A DNA stretch of 64,000 nt. It comes from Anaeramoeba ignava BMAN. Taxonomy: Eukaryota; Protista; Anaeramoebae. Under the pieces are notes generated by a model. It was not told the DNA's origin, ran no database searches, and saw only the letters and a program-made list of their open reading frames with translations. Shown here one piece after another: positions 1 through 14,400 of the stretch. The translations under genes were made by a program, and so were the position numbers. Position 1 is the stretch's first letter, and each line of letters starts with the position of its first letter. The stretch covers positions 1 to 64,000 of the forward strand of contig JAPDFW010000083.1 of assembly GCA_028826165.1 (NCBI GenBank), read 5' to 3'.

Positions 1-1
1 A

Positions 2-70
2 GAAATCTCAATTTTTGAAATTGCTCAAAGTTCTCAAGTTGGACAACCTTCAATTAGATTTTATGATTAA
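2..70 (+). CDS. 3' end of an unidentified gene entering from the left edge (EISIFEIAQSSQVGQPSIRFYD*)
   Basis: Open frame with coding-like composition ending in TAA at 68-70, followed by T-rich 3'UTR-like sequence; too short to identify. Confidence 0.4.
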   Translation, partial: EISIFEIAQSSQVGQPSIRFYD

Positions 71-224
71 TTCCACAAATTAAAATCATTTTCCATTTTC
101 CATTTTTCATTTTCCATTTTTTTCTTTTAAAAATTTCAATAAAAATCAAATTTTCTTTTTTTTTTAGATCAAAATCAAAATTAAAATTGAATGTTTTTCT
201 TTTTAATTCGAAATCAAAATCAAA

Positions 225-1632
225 AAAATTTGAATTAAATTTGAATTAAATTTGAATTAAATTAAATTTTGAATTTGAATTAAATTAAATTTGAATTTGA
301 ATTAAATTTGAATTAAATTTTGGATTAAATTTTGAATTAAATTTTGAAATTGAATTGAATTTGAATTAAATTTTGAATTGAATTTGAATTGAAATTTGAA
401 TTAAATTTGAATTAAATTTGAATTGAATTTGAATTAAATTTGAATTGAAATTGAATTAAAATTTGAAATTGAATTAAATTTGAATTTGATTTTGGATTTG
501 AATTTGATTTGAATTTGAATTGAATTTGAAATTGGATTAAATTCGAATTAAATTTGAATTTGAATTAAATTTGAATTTGAATTAAATTTGAATTAAATTT
601 GAATTTGAATTTGAATTAAATTTGAATTTGAATTAAATTTGAATTAGAATTGAATTTTGAATTTGGAATTAAATTTGGATTTGAATTTGGATTAAAATTT
701 GAATTAAATTGAATTAGAATTAAATTTGAATTGAATTGAATTAAATTTGAATTTGATTTTGAATTAAATTTGAATTTGAATTTGAATTAAATTTGAATTG
801 AATTAGAATTAAATTTGAATTGAATTAAATTTGAATTTGAATTAGAATTTGAATTTGAATTGAATTTGGATTAAAATTTGAATTAAATTTTGAATTTGAA
901 TTAAATTTGGATTAAATTTGAATTGAATTAGAATTAAATTGAAATTGAATTGAATTTTAATTGAATTGGATTTGAATTGAATTTGAATTAAATTTGAATT
1001 AAATTTAAATTAAATTTGGATTTGAATTTGATTTGAATTTGATTTGAATTGAATTTGAATTAGATTTGGAATTAAATTTGGATTAAAATTTGAATTAAAT
1101 TTTGAATTAAATTTTGAATTTGAATTTGAAATTGAATTGAATTTGAATTGAATTTGAATTTGAATTAAAATTTGAATTAAATTTGAATTTTGAATTTGAT
1201 TTTGAATTAAATTTGAATTAAATTTGAATTGAATTAAATTGAATTTGAATTTGAATTTGAATTAAATTTTGAAATTAAATTGAATTGAATTTGAATTGAA
1301 TTTTGAATTAAATTTTGAATTAAATTTTGAATTAAATTTGAATTAAATTAGAATTAAATTTGAATTAAATTTGAATTAAATTTGAATTAAATTTTGAATT
1401 TGAATTTGGATTAAATTTGAATTGAAATTGAATTTGAATTTGAATTAAATTTGAATTTGAATTTGAATTTGAATTTAATTAGAATTTGAATTAAATTTGA
1501 ATTTTGAATTTGAATTTTGAATTAAATTTTGAATTGAAATTGAATTGAAATTGAATTGAATTTGAATTAGAATTAAATTAAATTTTGAATTAAATTTTGA
1601 ATTTGAATTTTGAATTAAATTTAAATTTGAAT
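225..1632. repeat. Intergenic degenerate simple-repeat array of 5-6 bp words (GAATT, TGAATT, AAATTT)
   Basis: About 1.4 kb almost C-free on the + strand, between two convergent gene ends; no usable splice donor seen. Confidence 0.9.
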
Positions 1633-1662
1633 GTTGTTTCTTTTTTTGAGTCTTTTTAATTT

Positions 1663-2787
1663 TTATCGAAAATAGGGATCAATATTTTCTTGATTAGAAT
1701 AATTTCCATATTGACTTGGTAATTGAAATTGAGGATTCTGGAATTGAAGATTTTGATCAAGACCTTGATTTTGGCCATTAAGCTCACGGAATTGTTGGAA
1801 CTGAAGTTGAAGAAACTCTTGGAATTGACGATATTGAGCGTTTTGAAAAGCTTGGAAAGGATCTACTTGAGAAGGAGAACTTGTATCACCAAGAGCAGAA
1901 TTAGAAACTGAAGAAGATAATTTTAATTTGAAAAGTTTATCATTAACAACCTTAACTTGTGCGAATGGTCTTGAATTAAAGGTGGAATGCCAAATAACAA
2001 AATTATCAGAAGAAATAATTTGAAGAATTGCTCCGCTAAGCCTTTCATTGCAGCCGTCACTTCTGTTATAAGTGATTATTTTGTTGATATCTTTGAAGAG
2101 ATATTCTTGTTCCAAATCAATTAGTAACCATGATTTCTCTTGATTAGTGTGAGTTAAGTTTCCTCGATTCCAATCTGTTTCTGTATTCCCATCTACTGCT
2201 CTTTCTGCAATTGGATTTTTTGAGTGTGAATAAACACTTGATTGTGTTGCTTTTTTTCCAAGTGCAATATTTTTGCCATCAAAAGTTAGAACTTCAACTT
2301 GTGAAACATGTAAATATTCATTTCGAATGTGTTCAATTTTCACTTTGCGAACTTTTACATTATCAATTTTATTCACATAAATTGCTTGAGGAATCATTGC
2401 TCCACATAAAACATTTGAGAACAATTCTTTTTCATGATCATCCAATAAGTACAACACAGCTTCTTCAAGTCGCTCATTGCAGCAATCAGTTCTGTTATAC
2501 ACATTGATTCTGTGAATTGATTGAAAAGGATAATTTTGTCCCAAATCAATTAGTAACCATGATTTCTCTTGATTAGTGTGAGTTAAGTTTCCTCGATTCC
2601 AATCTGTTTCTGTATTCCCATCTACTGCTCTTTCTGCAATTGGGTTTTTTGAGTGTGAATAAACACTTGATTGTGTTGCTTTTTTTCCAAGTGCAATATT
2701 TTTACCATCAAAAGTTAGAACTTCAACTTGTGAAACATGTAAATATTCATTTCGATAATGTTGGATTTTTACAAATCTAACAGCCAT
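1663..2787 (-). CDS. Protein with two tandem F-type lectin (fucolectin/FTP) domains and a Q-rich tail; intronless, no signal peptide
   Basis: Each domain has NIALGKKATQSS, AERAVDGN, the His of HTNQE and an RxDxxxxR fucose-binding motif (RTDCCNER, RSDGCNER); domain period 143 aa. Confidence 0.85.
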   Translation of the reverse strand: MAVRFVKIQHYRNEYLHVSQVEVLTFDGKNIALGKKATQSSVYSHSKNPIAERAVDGNTETDWNRGNLTHTNQEKSWLLIDLGQNYPFQSIHRINVYNRTDCCNERLEEAVLYLLDDHEKELFSNVLCGAMIPQAIYVNKIDNVKVRKVKIEHIRNEYLHVSQVEVLTFDGKNIALGKKATQSSVYSHSKNPIAERAVDGNTETDWNRGNLTHTNQEKSWLLIDLEQEYLFKDINKIITYNRSDGCNERLSGAILQIISSDNFVIWHSTFNSRPFAQVKVVNDKLFKLKLSSSVSNSALGDTSSPSQVDPFQAFQNAQYRQFQEFLQLQFQQFRELNGQNQGLDQNLQFQNPQFQLPSQYGNYSNQENIDPYFR

Positions 2788-3013
2788 TTCTTTAAAATTT
2801 TTTCTTTTAATTGAAAAAAAAAAATGAAAAAAAAAAATAATCGAAATTAAAAAATCAAAATTGGGAAAAAAAAAAGCAAAAATTTGATCATCGATTATTT
2901 ATTTTTAATTGAAAAATTTGGAATTAAAAAAAATAGAAATTAATTTTGAAAAATTTGGAATTAAAAATTAAAAATTAAAAATTAAAAATTAAAAGAAATA
3001 ATGAATTGATGAA

Positions 3014-6000
3014 TTAATCCAAATTAGCTGCTAATTGAGAACAATCAATCTCTGAATATTGTTTTTGATTTGGACCTGATTTCTTGCAATAATCAATATG
3101 TTGAATAGTTGATTTAAAGAACATTAAAACATCATGAGAAACCAATTGAGAGAATTTGAAGTCATTTTCTTTCTTGTTTTGGAAAATTAATTGCAATAAT
3201 CTGTTGATATAATCTGCATTGATTTCAGGAGCACCTTTATCAAAGAAATACAAACAAACATTAAGAATTTCAAAAAGTAACTCGAACATGGCAGCAGGTT
3301 CCATTGAAGATCCAGCAACACGAATAGCTCTTGAAACGCATCCAAATAATCTTTTGCTATCATGAAAATATGGTTTGATAGTAACGGTTTTTTCTACTTC
3401 TTCATCTGATTCTGATTCTGATTCTGATTCTGATTCTGATGAATCACTTGAATCTGATTCTTTTTTTCTTTTTTTCTTTTTTGGTTTTTTTCTTTCGGTT
3501 TTTGTTTCTTTTTACTTTTTCTTCAATGATAACATCATCTGCCCAAAATAAATATCCACATTTATAAACTGCTCTTGATTGATGTGTGTTTAACATTAAT
3601 TTTGATGAATATCCTCCACATTGATTTGATAATGAACTAAAATTATCTTCTCCAAATGAACGTATTGTTTGAAGTGTTGAAATGATTAAACTTATGATAT
3701 AATATTGTTGATTTGTTACAACGATGAATTCTTCATAAGCAAGGATAGCCTTTTTAATTTTAAAAATAAATATTATAATTAAAATTAAAATTAAATATTA
3801 AAATTCATTTTGAAATTAAAATCAAATTTAAAATTAAAATTCATTTTGAAATTAAAATTAAATATAAAATTAAAATTCAATTTGAAATATAAAATTAAAA
3901 TAAGTATTAAAATTCATTTTGAAATTAAAATTAAAATTAAAATAAAATTAAAATTAAAATTAAAATTAAAATTAAATATTAAAATTCAAATTATAATTAT
4001 AATTAAAATTAAAATTAAAAATTATTTTTACTTGTGTCATAAATTCATATGTAATTGCTTCAAATCCACATTTAGATGATGCTTGAGCTGCTTGAAGAAA
4101 TAAACGAAGTGTAATTTCAGGTAAAATAGCTTTTAAAGAACTTAAAATTTTATGAACAAATTGGAAAACTTTTTTTGCAGTAAAAGGAACTTCAATTTTT
4201 TTCTTTTGATGTGATTGAATTGAAAATGCAAGTTTTAAAGCAATAAAAATTAATGGATAAACAGTAAATTGGACTCTTCTTTCTCCACCAGTTCCAAAAC
4301 TTGAAGCAAGTAACTTAAATAATTATAAAATAAAATTATTTAAATTTAATTTTTGAATTTGGATTTAAATTTAAATTTAATTTTGAATTTAAATTTAATT
4401 TTTGAATTTAAATTTAATTTTTGAATTTGAATTTATTTTTTGAATTTGAATTTATAATTTTTGAATTTGAATTTAATTTTAAATTTAATTTTGAATTTAA
4501 TTTTAAATTTAATTTTTGAATTTAAATTTAATTGAATTTAATTTTGAATTTAATTTAATTGAATTTGAATTTATAATTTTTGAATTTAATTTTTGAATTT
4601 GATTTTTGAATTTAATTTTAATTGAATTTAATTGAATTTAATTTTAATTGAATTTAATTTTGAATTTAATTTTAAATTTAATTTTAATTGAATTTAATTG
4701 AATTTAATTTTAATTGAATTTAATTTTGAATTTAATTTTAAATTTAATTTTTGAATTTAAAATTATTTAAATTTATTTTTTGAATTTGATTATTGAATTT
4801 GAATTTATAATTTTTGAATTTGAATTTAATTTTAAATTTAATTTTTGAATTTGAATTTAATTTTGAATTTAATTTTTGAAATTAAATTTAATTTTGAATT
4901 TAATTGAATTTAATTTTAAATTTAATTTTTGAATTTAAATTTAATTTTTGAATTTAAATTTATAAACCTGTAGAATTTGAAAGCTTTCATTGATATTATT
5001 AGGTGATGTAAGTAAATGAGCAGCACGACAAACAGATTCTTGTTCTGATTCAAAAATAGATTGTTCATAATCATCATCTTTTCTATAAGGTGGTGCATCT
5101 TCTGAATCTTGTAATAAAACTTGAATTGTTTCAAGAAATTTTTTAACCTAAAAATTAATAAAAATAATAAAAATAATAAAAATAATAAAATTAATAAAAT
5201 TAATAAAATTAATAAAAATTTGTTTTTGAATCTATTTTCTTTTGTTGTTATTATACTTTATCAAGTTCAGAAATTATTGTTGCATTTTTAACAACATTAT
5301 CAACAAAATCATGTGCTATTTTTCTTCTTTGTTCATAAGGAAGTAAATTAATAGATGAAGTAAATGATCCAAATTCCAAAATCACATTTGCATTATTATA
5401 TTTTTCCAAAGCTGTTTTCAAAATATCATAAAATTCTTGTATTTCTTTAGGATCATTTCTAAATAATTTTTGAATTTGAATTTTGAATTTAATTAAATTA
5501 ATTTTAAAATATTTTTCATTTTTAATTTGAATTAATATACTTATCACTGGCTTCAATTAATTCTTTTGCTGAATTTAATATTTTTTCTGTATTATCAAGT
5601 TTTGCTAAATATAAAGAAAGAGAAAGTTTCAAAATATAATGAAGAATTGTTAATAACTCATATCTTGTAATTGTAGAACAAGTATCAGCAACACTTTGAA
5701 AAGAATTGAAAAAAACATTAAAAATATCAACATCATTAGGAATCATTTTTGGATTTTCTTGAGAATATCTAATCAATCTATCAATTAAATCATTATAAAT
5801 ATTTTTGATATTAACTTCCGATTGAAGTTTTGCAATTGGTTCCAACAAAAGAGTTAAAGTCTTCAAATGGAATTCATCTGAAAAAACTTGAGAAATAACT
5901 TCCAAAAGATATTGTTGAGCAAGAGTATCATGACATTCAATAATTTGCTCAATAATTTTGGGAAGAACAACTCCATGATAAAGAGAGATATCAACTCCTT

Positions 6001-7665
6001 CTAATTGTGATAATCTGACTAAATTGATTCCAATAAGTGTTCTTATTTCTGCTCTTTCTTTTTGATACATCATTTTCGCCTGTTTTTTCTTTTCTTCTGA
6101 TAAATTAGCTGGTGGTGTTTGATATTGAATTCGAACCCATAATTTATTTGATTCAACAAAATTGAAAAGAATAAAATCAATGCTATCTTTAACACTTCCA
6201 TCTCTTGAACTTGAATTTTAACAATAATATTATTATTATCAATAAAAAGTTTTTCAATTATTTTTTTTTTGAATGAAATATTTACTTTGAATATTCAGAA
6301 TTTAAATCGGGAAGTTTATCTTTTGTCATTTGAATTAAATAGTAACGAAGAAAGAGACCTTTTGTTGGATGTTGAATTCCTCTACACATATCAACTAAAT
6401 CTTGGAGAACATCCTTTTAATTTTAATTTCAAAATGAATTTTAATTTTATAAATGAATTTTATAAATGAATTTTAATTTCAAAATGAATTTTAATTTCAA
6501 AATGAATTTTAACTTCAAAATGAATTTTAATTTCAAAATGAATTTTAATTTCAAAATGAATTTTAATTTCAAAATGAATTTTAATTTCAAAATGAATTTT
6601 AATTTCAAAATGAATTTTAATTTCAAAATGAATTTTAATTTCAAAATGAATTTTAATTTCAAAATGAATTTTAATTTTATAAATGAATTTTATAAATGAA
6701 TTTTATAAATGAATTTTATAAATGAATTTTAATTTCAAAATGAATTTTAATTTCAAAATGAATTTGAATTTTAAAATGAATTTTAATTTCAAAATGAATT
6801 TTAATTTCAATATGAATTTTAATTTCAAAATGAATTTTAATTTCAAAATGAATTTTATAAATGAATTTTAATTTTATAAATGAATTTTATAAATGAATTT
6901 TATAAATGAATTTTATAAATGAATTTTATAAATGAATTTTATAAATGAATTTTATAAATGAATTTTATAAATGAATTTTATAAATGAATTTTAATTTTAA
7001 AATGAATTTTATAAATGAATTTTAATTTTAATATTAACTTTGACTGGAACTTCTTTGCTTTTTATTAAAACAGATCCACAAGTAACAAGTAAATATAATC
7101 TTGGAAGAACTTTTCCTGTAAATTGAACTCTTTTATAAATTTCAATAGCTTTTGTTCCCTTTTTAATTTCATCATGAAGATATAACTCAAGATAACGAAG
7201 TTCATCAAAAATTAACATATCTTTTAAATAAATAAATTATCTATTAATAATTTTTATTTAAAAAAAAAAAAAGAAAATATTTAAATTAAATTATTTTTTT
7301 TTAATTACAAAGATTATAATAATTTTTGGGTGATAAAGCCGTTGTTGATAATTCTTCAATCATAGAAGATGCTTTATCAAGAGCTATCCATGTTTTTTGT
7401 TCGTCTAAATCCTTTCTCATAAAGAAAGCAATTCTTTGAACCTTAAACAAAAAAAAATTTTTTTTCCATTTATTTTTTATTTTTTATTTTTTAAAAAAAA
7501 TAAAATTGAATAATTGAAATTTTTTTTTTTGTTAAATGAGCTTAATTTTCAGTTTACTTTTGTTGTTATTTCTTTTAAAATTTGTGCTTGTTCTTGATCT
7601 GGAGTTAAAATACTTTGTAATTTTGATTTAACTGATTTTGCTCTTTTTGCAAGTGGATTTGACAT
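3014..7665 (-). CDS. VPS35: Retromer subunit VPS35, 9 exons; apparent 1-nt frameshift or 40-nt micro-intron near 3476-3515
   Basis: Spliced exons give [66 protein letters not shown]. Introns 7442-7557, 7221-7308, 6414-7038, about 6207-6285, 5459-5540, 5148-5256, 4314-4967, 3749-4031, all GT-AG and frame-compatible. Confidence 0.95.
4314..4967 (-). repeat. VPS35 intron 7 filled with a degenerate TTGAATTTAATT-type repeat
   Basis: GTTTAT donor, TTTAAG acceptor, low-complexity body. Confidence 0.85.
6414..7038 (-). repeat. VPS35 intron 3 filled with 18-bp (AAAATTCATTTTGAAATT) and 14-bp (AAAATTCATTTATA) tandem units
   Basis: Near-perfect tandem copies visible; source of the spurious MNFNFK and KLKFIL ORFs. 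Confidence 0.9.
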
Positions 7666-7780
7666 TAATAATAGAATAAAAAAGAAGTAAAAAAATGAAA
7701 AAAAAAAATTAAAAAAAAAATTAAAAAACAAAAAGAAAAAATGGAATTAAAAAAATTAATAAAAGGAAATTGAAAATTCT

Positions 7781-10700
7781 TTATTTTTTAAGTAATTGAT
7801 AAATTTCTTGTTCTAATTGATCAAATTTATCAAAAAGAGCTTGTGGTGAAATATCTTCTAAATTTTGAATTAGAAAAGAAGATTTTTGTTGATTTAAATT
7901 AAATAATGAAAAAGAATTTTCTTTTTCTTTTTCATTCTCTTTCTCTTTTTCTTTTTCATCTTCAATTATCATTTGATTTTGAATTTGATTTTGATTTTGA
8001 TTTTGATTTTGAATTTCATTTTGAATTTGATTTTGAATTTGAATTTGATTTTGAATTTGATTTTGAATTTGATTTTGATTTTGATTTTGAATTTGAATTT
8101 GAATTTCATTTTGATTTTCTTTTTGAATTTGAATTTCATTTTGATTTTCTTTTTGATTTTGAATTTGAATTTCTTTTTGAATTTGATTTTGATTTTGAAT
8201 TTCTTTTTGAATTTGATTTTGAATTTGATTTTGATTTTGATTTTCTTCTTCTAAATTTTCATCTTCACAAACAAAGAAGAAATCATAAAGTTCTTTTTGT
8301 TTTGAGAGTTGTTTTTTTTTATGATAAACTGTTTCAAAAAATGTTTCTTCAAATTTTTGAGATTTTTTTTGTTTCTTTATTTTTTTCAAATTCTTGTTTT
8401 GGTCAAAATTTAAATCTATTTTGTTTTCTTCTTGTGATTGTTTTTCAGTTTCAATCTCATTTTGTTTTTCTTCTTTTTTTTGTTCTTCTTCTTTTTTTTG
8501 TTCTTCTTGTTTTTGCTGTTCTTGTTTTGCTTTTAATAAACTTTTCTTTTTTTGTAGTTTTTCCCATTTTTCTAAGTAACTTAATTTTTTTGTATCCTGA
8601 CGAATAAAAGGTGGTTCGTTATTTGGAAAAAGATAATCAGATGTTTCTCCCATTGTATGCTTTTTTTATAAATAATTTTATAAATAATTTAATAAATAAT
8701 TTTATAAATAATTTAATAAATAATTTTATAAATAATTTTATTAATAATTTTATAAATAATTTAATAAATAATTTTATAAATAATTTTATAAATAATTTAA
8801 TAAATAATTTTATTAATAATTTTATAATTAATTTTATAAATAATTTTATTAATAATTTTATAAATAATTTTATAAATAATTTTATATTTAATTTTATAAT
8901 TAATTTTATAAATAATTTTATAAATAATTTTATAAATAATTTTATAATTAATTTTATAAATAATATTATAAATAATTTAATAATTAATTTTATAATTAAT
9001 TTTATAATTAATTTTATAAATAATTTTATAAATAATTTTATAAATAATTTTATAATTAATTTTATAAATAATTTTATTAATTAATTTTATAATTAATTTT
9101 ATAATAATTTTATAAATAATTTTATAAATAATTTTATAATTAATTTTATAAATAATTTTATAAATAATTTTATAAATAATTTTATAAATAATTTTATAAA
9201 TAATTTTATAAATAATTTTATAAATAATTTTATAAATAATTTTATAAATAATTTTATAAATAATTTTATAATTTTATAAATAATTTTATAAATAATTTTA
9301 TAAATAATTTTATAAATAATTTTATAAATAATTTTATAAAATAATTTTATAAATAATTTTATATTTAATTTTATAATTAATTTTATAATTAATTTTATAA
9401 TTAATTTTATATTTAATTTTATAATTAATTTTATAATTAATTTTATAATTAATTTTATAAATAATTTTATAAATAATTTTATAAATAATTTTATAAATAA
9501 TTTTATAAATAATTTTTATAAATAATTTTATATTTAATTTATAATTAATTTTATAAATAATTTTATAAATAATTTTATAAATAATTTTATAAATAATTTT
9601 ATATTTAATTTTATATTTAATTTTATAAATTAATTTTATATTTAATTTTATAAATAATTTTATAAATAATTTTATAAAAATTTTTATAAATAATTTTATA
9701 AATAATTTTTATAAATAATTTTATATTTAATTTTATATTTAATTTTATATTTAATTTTATAAATAATTTTATAAATAATTTTATAAATAATTTTATAAAT
9801 AATTTTATAAATAATTTTATAAATAATTTTATAAATAATTTTATAAATAATTTTTATAAATAATTTTATAAATAATTTTATAAATAATTTTATAAATAAT
9901 TTTATAAATAATTTTATAAATAATTTTATATTTAATTTTATATTTAATTTTATATTTAATTTTATAAATAATTTTATAAATAATTTTATAAATAATTTTA
10001 TAAATAATTTTATATTTAATTTTATATTTAATTTTATATTTAATTTTATAATTAATTTTATATATAATTTTATAAATAATTTTATATTTAATTTTTATAT
10101 TTAATTTTATAAATAATTTTATATTTAATTTTTATATTTAATTTTATATTTAATTTTATATTTAATTTTATAAATAATTTTATAATTAATTTTATAAATA
10201 ATTTTATAAATAATTTTATATTTAATTTTATATTTTTTTTAATTTTCATCAATAATTTTATAAATAATTTTATAATTAATTTTTATAAATAATTTTATAA
10301 ATAATTTTATAAATAATTTTATATTTAATTTTATAAATAATTTTATAAATAATTTTATAAATAATTTTATAATTAATTTTATAAATAATTTTATAAATAA
10401 TTTTATAAATAATTTTATAAATAATTTTTATAAATAATTTTATATTTAATTTTATAAATTAATTTTATAATTAATTTTTATAAAATAATTTTATATTTAA
10501 TTTTATAAATAATTTTATATTTAATTTTATAAATAATTTTATAAATAATTTTATATTTAATTTTATATTTAATTTTATAAATAATTTTATAAATAATTTT
10601 ATAAATAATTTTATAAATAATTTTATATTTAATTTTTATATTTAATTTTTATATTTAATTTTATAATTTAATTTTATAAATAATTTTATAAATAATTTTA

Positions 10701-11231
10701 TAAATAATTTTATAAATAATTTTATAAATAATTTTATAAATAATTTTATAAATAATTTTATATATAATTTTATAAATAATTTAATAATTGATTTTATAAA
10801 TAATTTTATATTTAATTTTATAATTAATTTTATAAATAATTTTATAAATAATTTTATAAATAATTTTATATTTAATTTTATTAATAATTTTATAAATAAT
10901 TTTATTAATAATTTTATAAATAATTTTATAAATAATTTTATATTTAATTTTATATTTAATTTTATAAATAATTTTATAATTAATTTTATAAATTTTATAA
11001 ATAATTTAATAAATAAAAAGTTACCATTGTTAGTTGATCAGGATGTTGGAATTCACAATCAGGATTTAAACATTTACTTTGCAACCAATCTTTACAAATT
11101 GGTGTAGTTTTTGCTAATTCTGGTGTAATTTTATGTCTATAGTTGCATGTCCCATTCAATTTAAGACAAGTACCTAAAGCAAAAAATCGACAATCAGTAA
11201 GTTTTCGATAATCAACAGGAGGTTTAGACAT
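7781..11231 (-). CDS. CCCH zinc-finger protein (two C3H1 fingers, ZC3H11-like N-terminus) with a charged and QN-rich C-terminal region; 2 exons
   Basis: Exon 1 11025-11231 has CRFFALGTC..C.YRH and CKDWLQSKC..C.FQH; phase-0 intron 8660-11024 (GTAACT..AAAAAG) joins the 7781-8659 frame. Confidence 0.8.
8660..11024 (-). repeat. 2365-nt intron of 12-bp AAAATTATTTAT units, almost pure A/T
   Basis: Tandem unit visible; only a handful of G/C bases in 2.3 kb. Confidence 0.9.
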
Positions 11232-11418
11232 GCAAAAAAAAATGAAAATAAAAAATTAAAATTAAAAATGAAAATTAAAAATTAAAAATTAAAAAATTAA
11301 AAAATTAAAAAATTTTGATTTTTTCACAAATTTATTTATTTAGTATTTGTTCTTTTTCTTCTTTATTTTTATTCTCCTTTTATTTTTGTTCATTGCTTTT
11401 AGTAAATTAAATCAAATA

Positions 11419-14400
11419 TCATTTACGATTCCTTTTTATATCTTTTTTTGGAAGGAAATTTTGTTGAGAATTTGGAAACATTTTTTTAGAATAAGATTTT
11501 GAATGAAAATTTAAAAAGTTAGGATTAGGATTTTGATCAATTAAATCAGGGGAAGGTCTTGAATCCCATGAGTTTTGAATTAAATTTAAAATTTGATCTT
11601 GAATTAAATTTAAATTTAAATTTAAATTATTTGGAATTGGAACTAAATTATTTTGATTTTGATTTTGATTTTGGATTTTGATTTTGGATTTGGATTTTGA
11701 TTTGTATTTGTAATTAGATGATTCAGAATTGGAATTAAATCATTTAAATTGTTTGGAATTAAATTACTTAAATTATTTGGAATTAAATTATCTGAATTAT
11801 TTGGAATTAAATTACTTAAATCATTTGGGATTGAATTATCTGAATTAATTAAATTAATTAAATTATTTAGAATTAAATTATCTGAATTACTTAAATTATT
11901 TAAGTTATTTGAATTTGAATTATTTAAATTAAGTAAATTATTTGGAATTAAATTATTTGAATTATTTGGAATTAAATTATTTGAATTATTTGGAATTAAA
12001 TTATTTGAATTATTTGGAATTAAATTATTTGGAATTAAATTATTTGGATTATTTAAATTGTTTGGGATTAAATTATCTGAATTATTTGGAATTAAATTAT
12101 TTGAATTATTTAAATTGTTTGGGATTAAATTATCTGAATTGTTTGGAATTAAATTATTTAAATTAATTGAATTATTTGAATTATTTGAATTATTTGAATT
12201 ATTTGAATTATTTGATTTATTTGAATTATTTGATTTATTTGAATTATTTGATTTATTTGAATTATTTAAATTATTTGATTTATTTGATTTATTTAAATTA
12301 TTTGAATTATTTGAATTTGAATTTGAAATTTCCGGATCCTTATTATTCGCAGTAAATGTAGAGTGATTTGAAGAAATATTATTTAGTGAAGGTAATTTTT
12401 TTTCAGGTAAAATTGGTGTATTTTTCAGAGACAGAAAAGAATGCCCATTATTTTCTGGGATATCTTCTCTTGAACTTAAAAATTGACCAAAATAAGTATT
12501 TTCTTCTTTTGTAGAGCCATCTTGTTTTGATTTGGGATTAGAATTTGATTTAGACCTGGATTTTTTTAGAGTTGGTTTTTCATCAGATTGAGGGCTTGAA
12601 AACGAATTTAAAGGAGGATTGAAATGAGAGTTTGTCAAATCAGGAGGAGGGATATTTGATAATGAAGGAAACCCTAATGATTGTTGATGAGAATTAATTT
12701 GGGGAAGAAATGGATGATTTGGGATTTTTTGATAGCAAATATTGATTTTGTATATGCAATCAGTAATTGTTTTATAAAGATCATCGATTGATTTTGATTG
12801 TTTCTCAATTAAATATATAAGATGATTTTTAAGAGTTTCTCTATTTGTGATTTGGCTTTCTAATTCGTTCTTGAGTTGTTGAAGAAGGCCTAGATGCTCT
12901 ATCATCATTTGATCTGAGTTCATAGGGTGCGTATTAATAGTATCTACAAGTGATTTTGTATTTTTGGATACAAATGAATTGAAGCAATTGAAAAGGGAGG
13001 AAAATACTTTGTTGAAACTTGTTGTATTTTCAAATTCTTGATCCAAAATTCCCTTAATTTCAGAGCGGAATTCAGGTGCAATAGAATGATTTTGATTCGG
13101 GTGATCTCTTTTGCGTGATTTGCGCTTTGATTTGATAAATTGCGGAAAAGTAGTTTGGAGATTATATTTGATATTCTCGACAAAATCCATTGGATAAATG
13201 TTTCTTTCACCCCAAATTTTTAAAACTCTTAATAATTTTCTGCGGTATTGCTCTGATGCTTTTGCATAAACATCCGAAAAAATGGAAAATATTCGGTTTT
13301 CAAATCCTTGAAGAAAAATATCGAATTTATTTCGAGTATTTTGAAGAATATCGTTGATTAAATATATCAATGATAATTGGCGATTTATTGCTGATTGTTT
13401 GATTTCCTCTGCAATAAGTTGGATAATTTTTAAGGAATAACTTTTGTGAGAGATTATCCATTGAGAAAGTGCTATATTTTAATAAGTAAATAAAAGATAA
13501 TTTAAATATGAATTAAATATAATTTAAATATGAATTAAATATAAATTAAATATAAATTAAATATAATTTAAATATGAATTAAATATAATTTAAATATAAA
13601 TTAAATATAATTTAAATATAAATTAAATATAATTTAAATATAAATTAAATATAAATTAAATATAAATTAAATATAATTTAAATATAAATTAAATATAAAT
13701 TAAATATAATTTAAATATAAATTAAATATAATTTAAATATAAATTAAATATAATTTAAATATAAATTAAATATAATTTAAATATAAATTAAATTTGAATT
13801 AAATATAAATTGTTTTGAATTAAATATAAATTTTGTTTTGAATTAATTATAAATTTTGTTTTGAATTAAATATAAATTTTGTTTTGAATTAAATATGAAT
13901 TTTGTTTGGAATTAAATATAAATTTTGTTTGGAATTAAATATAAATTTTGTTTTGAATTAAATATAATTTTGTTTTGAATTAAATATAATTTTGTTTTGA
14001 ATTAAATATAATTTAAATATAAATTAAATATAAATTTTGTTTAGAAATAAAAGAGGAATAAATATAAATTTTGTTTTGAATTAAATATAAATTTTGTTTT
14101 GAAATAAATATAAATTTTGTTTTGAATTAAATATAAATTTTGTTTTGAATTAAATATAAATTTTGTTTTGAAGTAAATATAAATTTTGTTTTGAATTAAA
14201 TATAAATTTTGTTTTGAATTAAATATAAATTTTGTTTTGAAATAAATATAAATTTTGTTTTGAAGTAAATATAAATTTTGTTTTGAAATAAATATAAATT
14301 TTGTTTAGAATTAAATATAAAGTAAATATGAATTTTGTTTTGAAGTAAATATAAATTTTGTTTGGAATTAATTATAAATTTTGTTTTGAAATAAAAGAGG

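Noticed and set aside
225-1632. Telomeric repeat or chromosome end
   Set aside because: Degenerate mixed words, flanked by genes on both sides, and similar to intronic arrays elsewhere
11643-11700. C-terminus [13 protein letters not shown] of the CID protein as the true end
   Set aside because: Two 7-nt CCAAAAT units shift the frame inside a CAAAAT tract and a coding-like frame continues to 11419; probably an indel error
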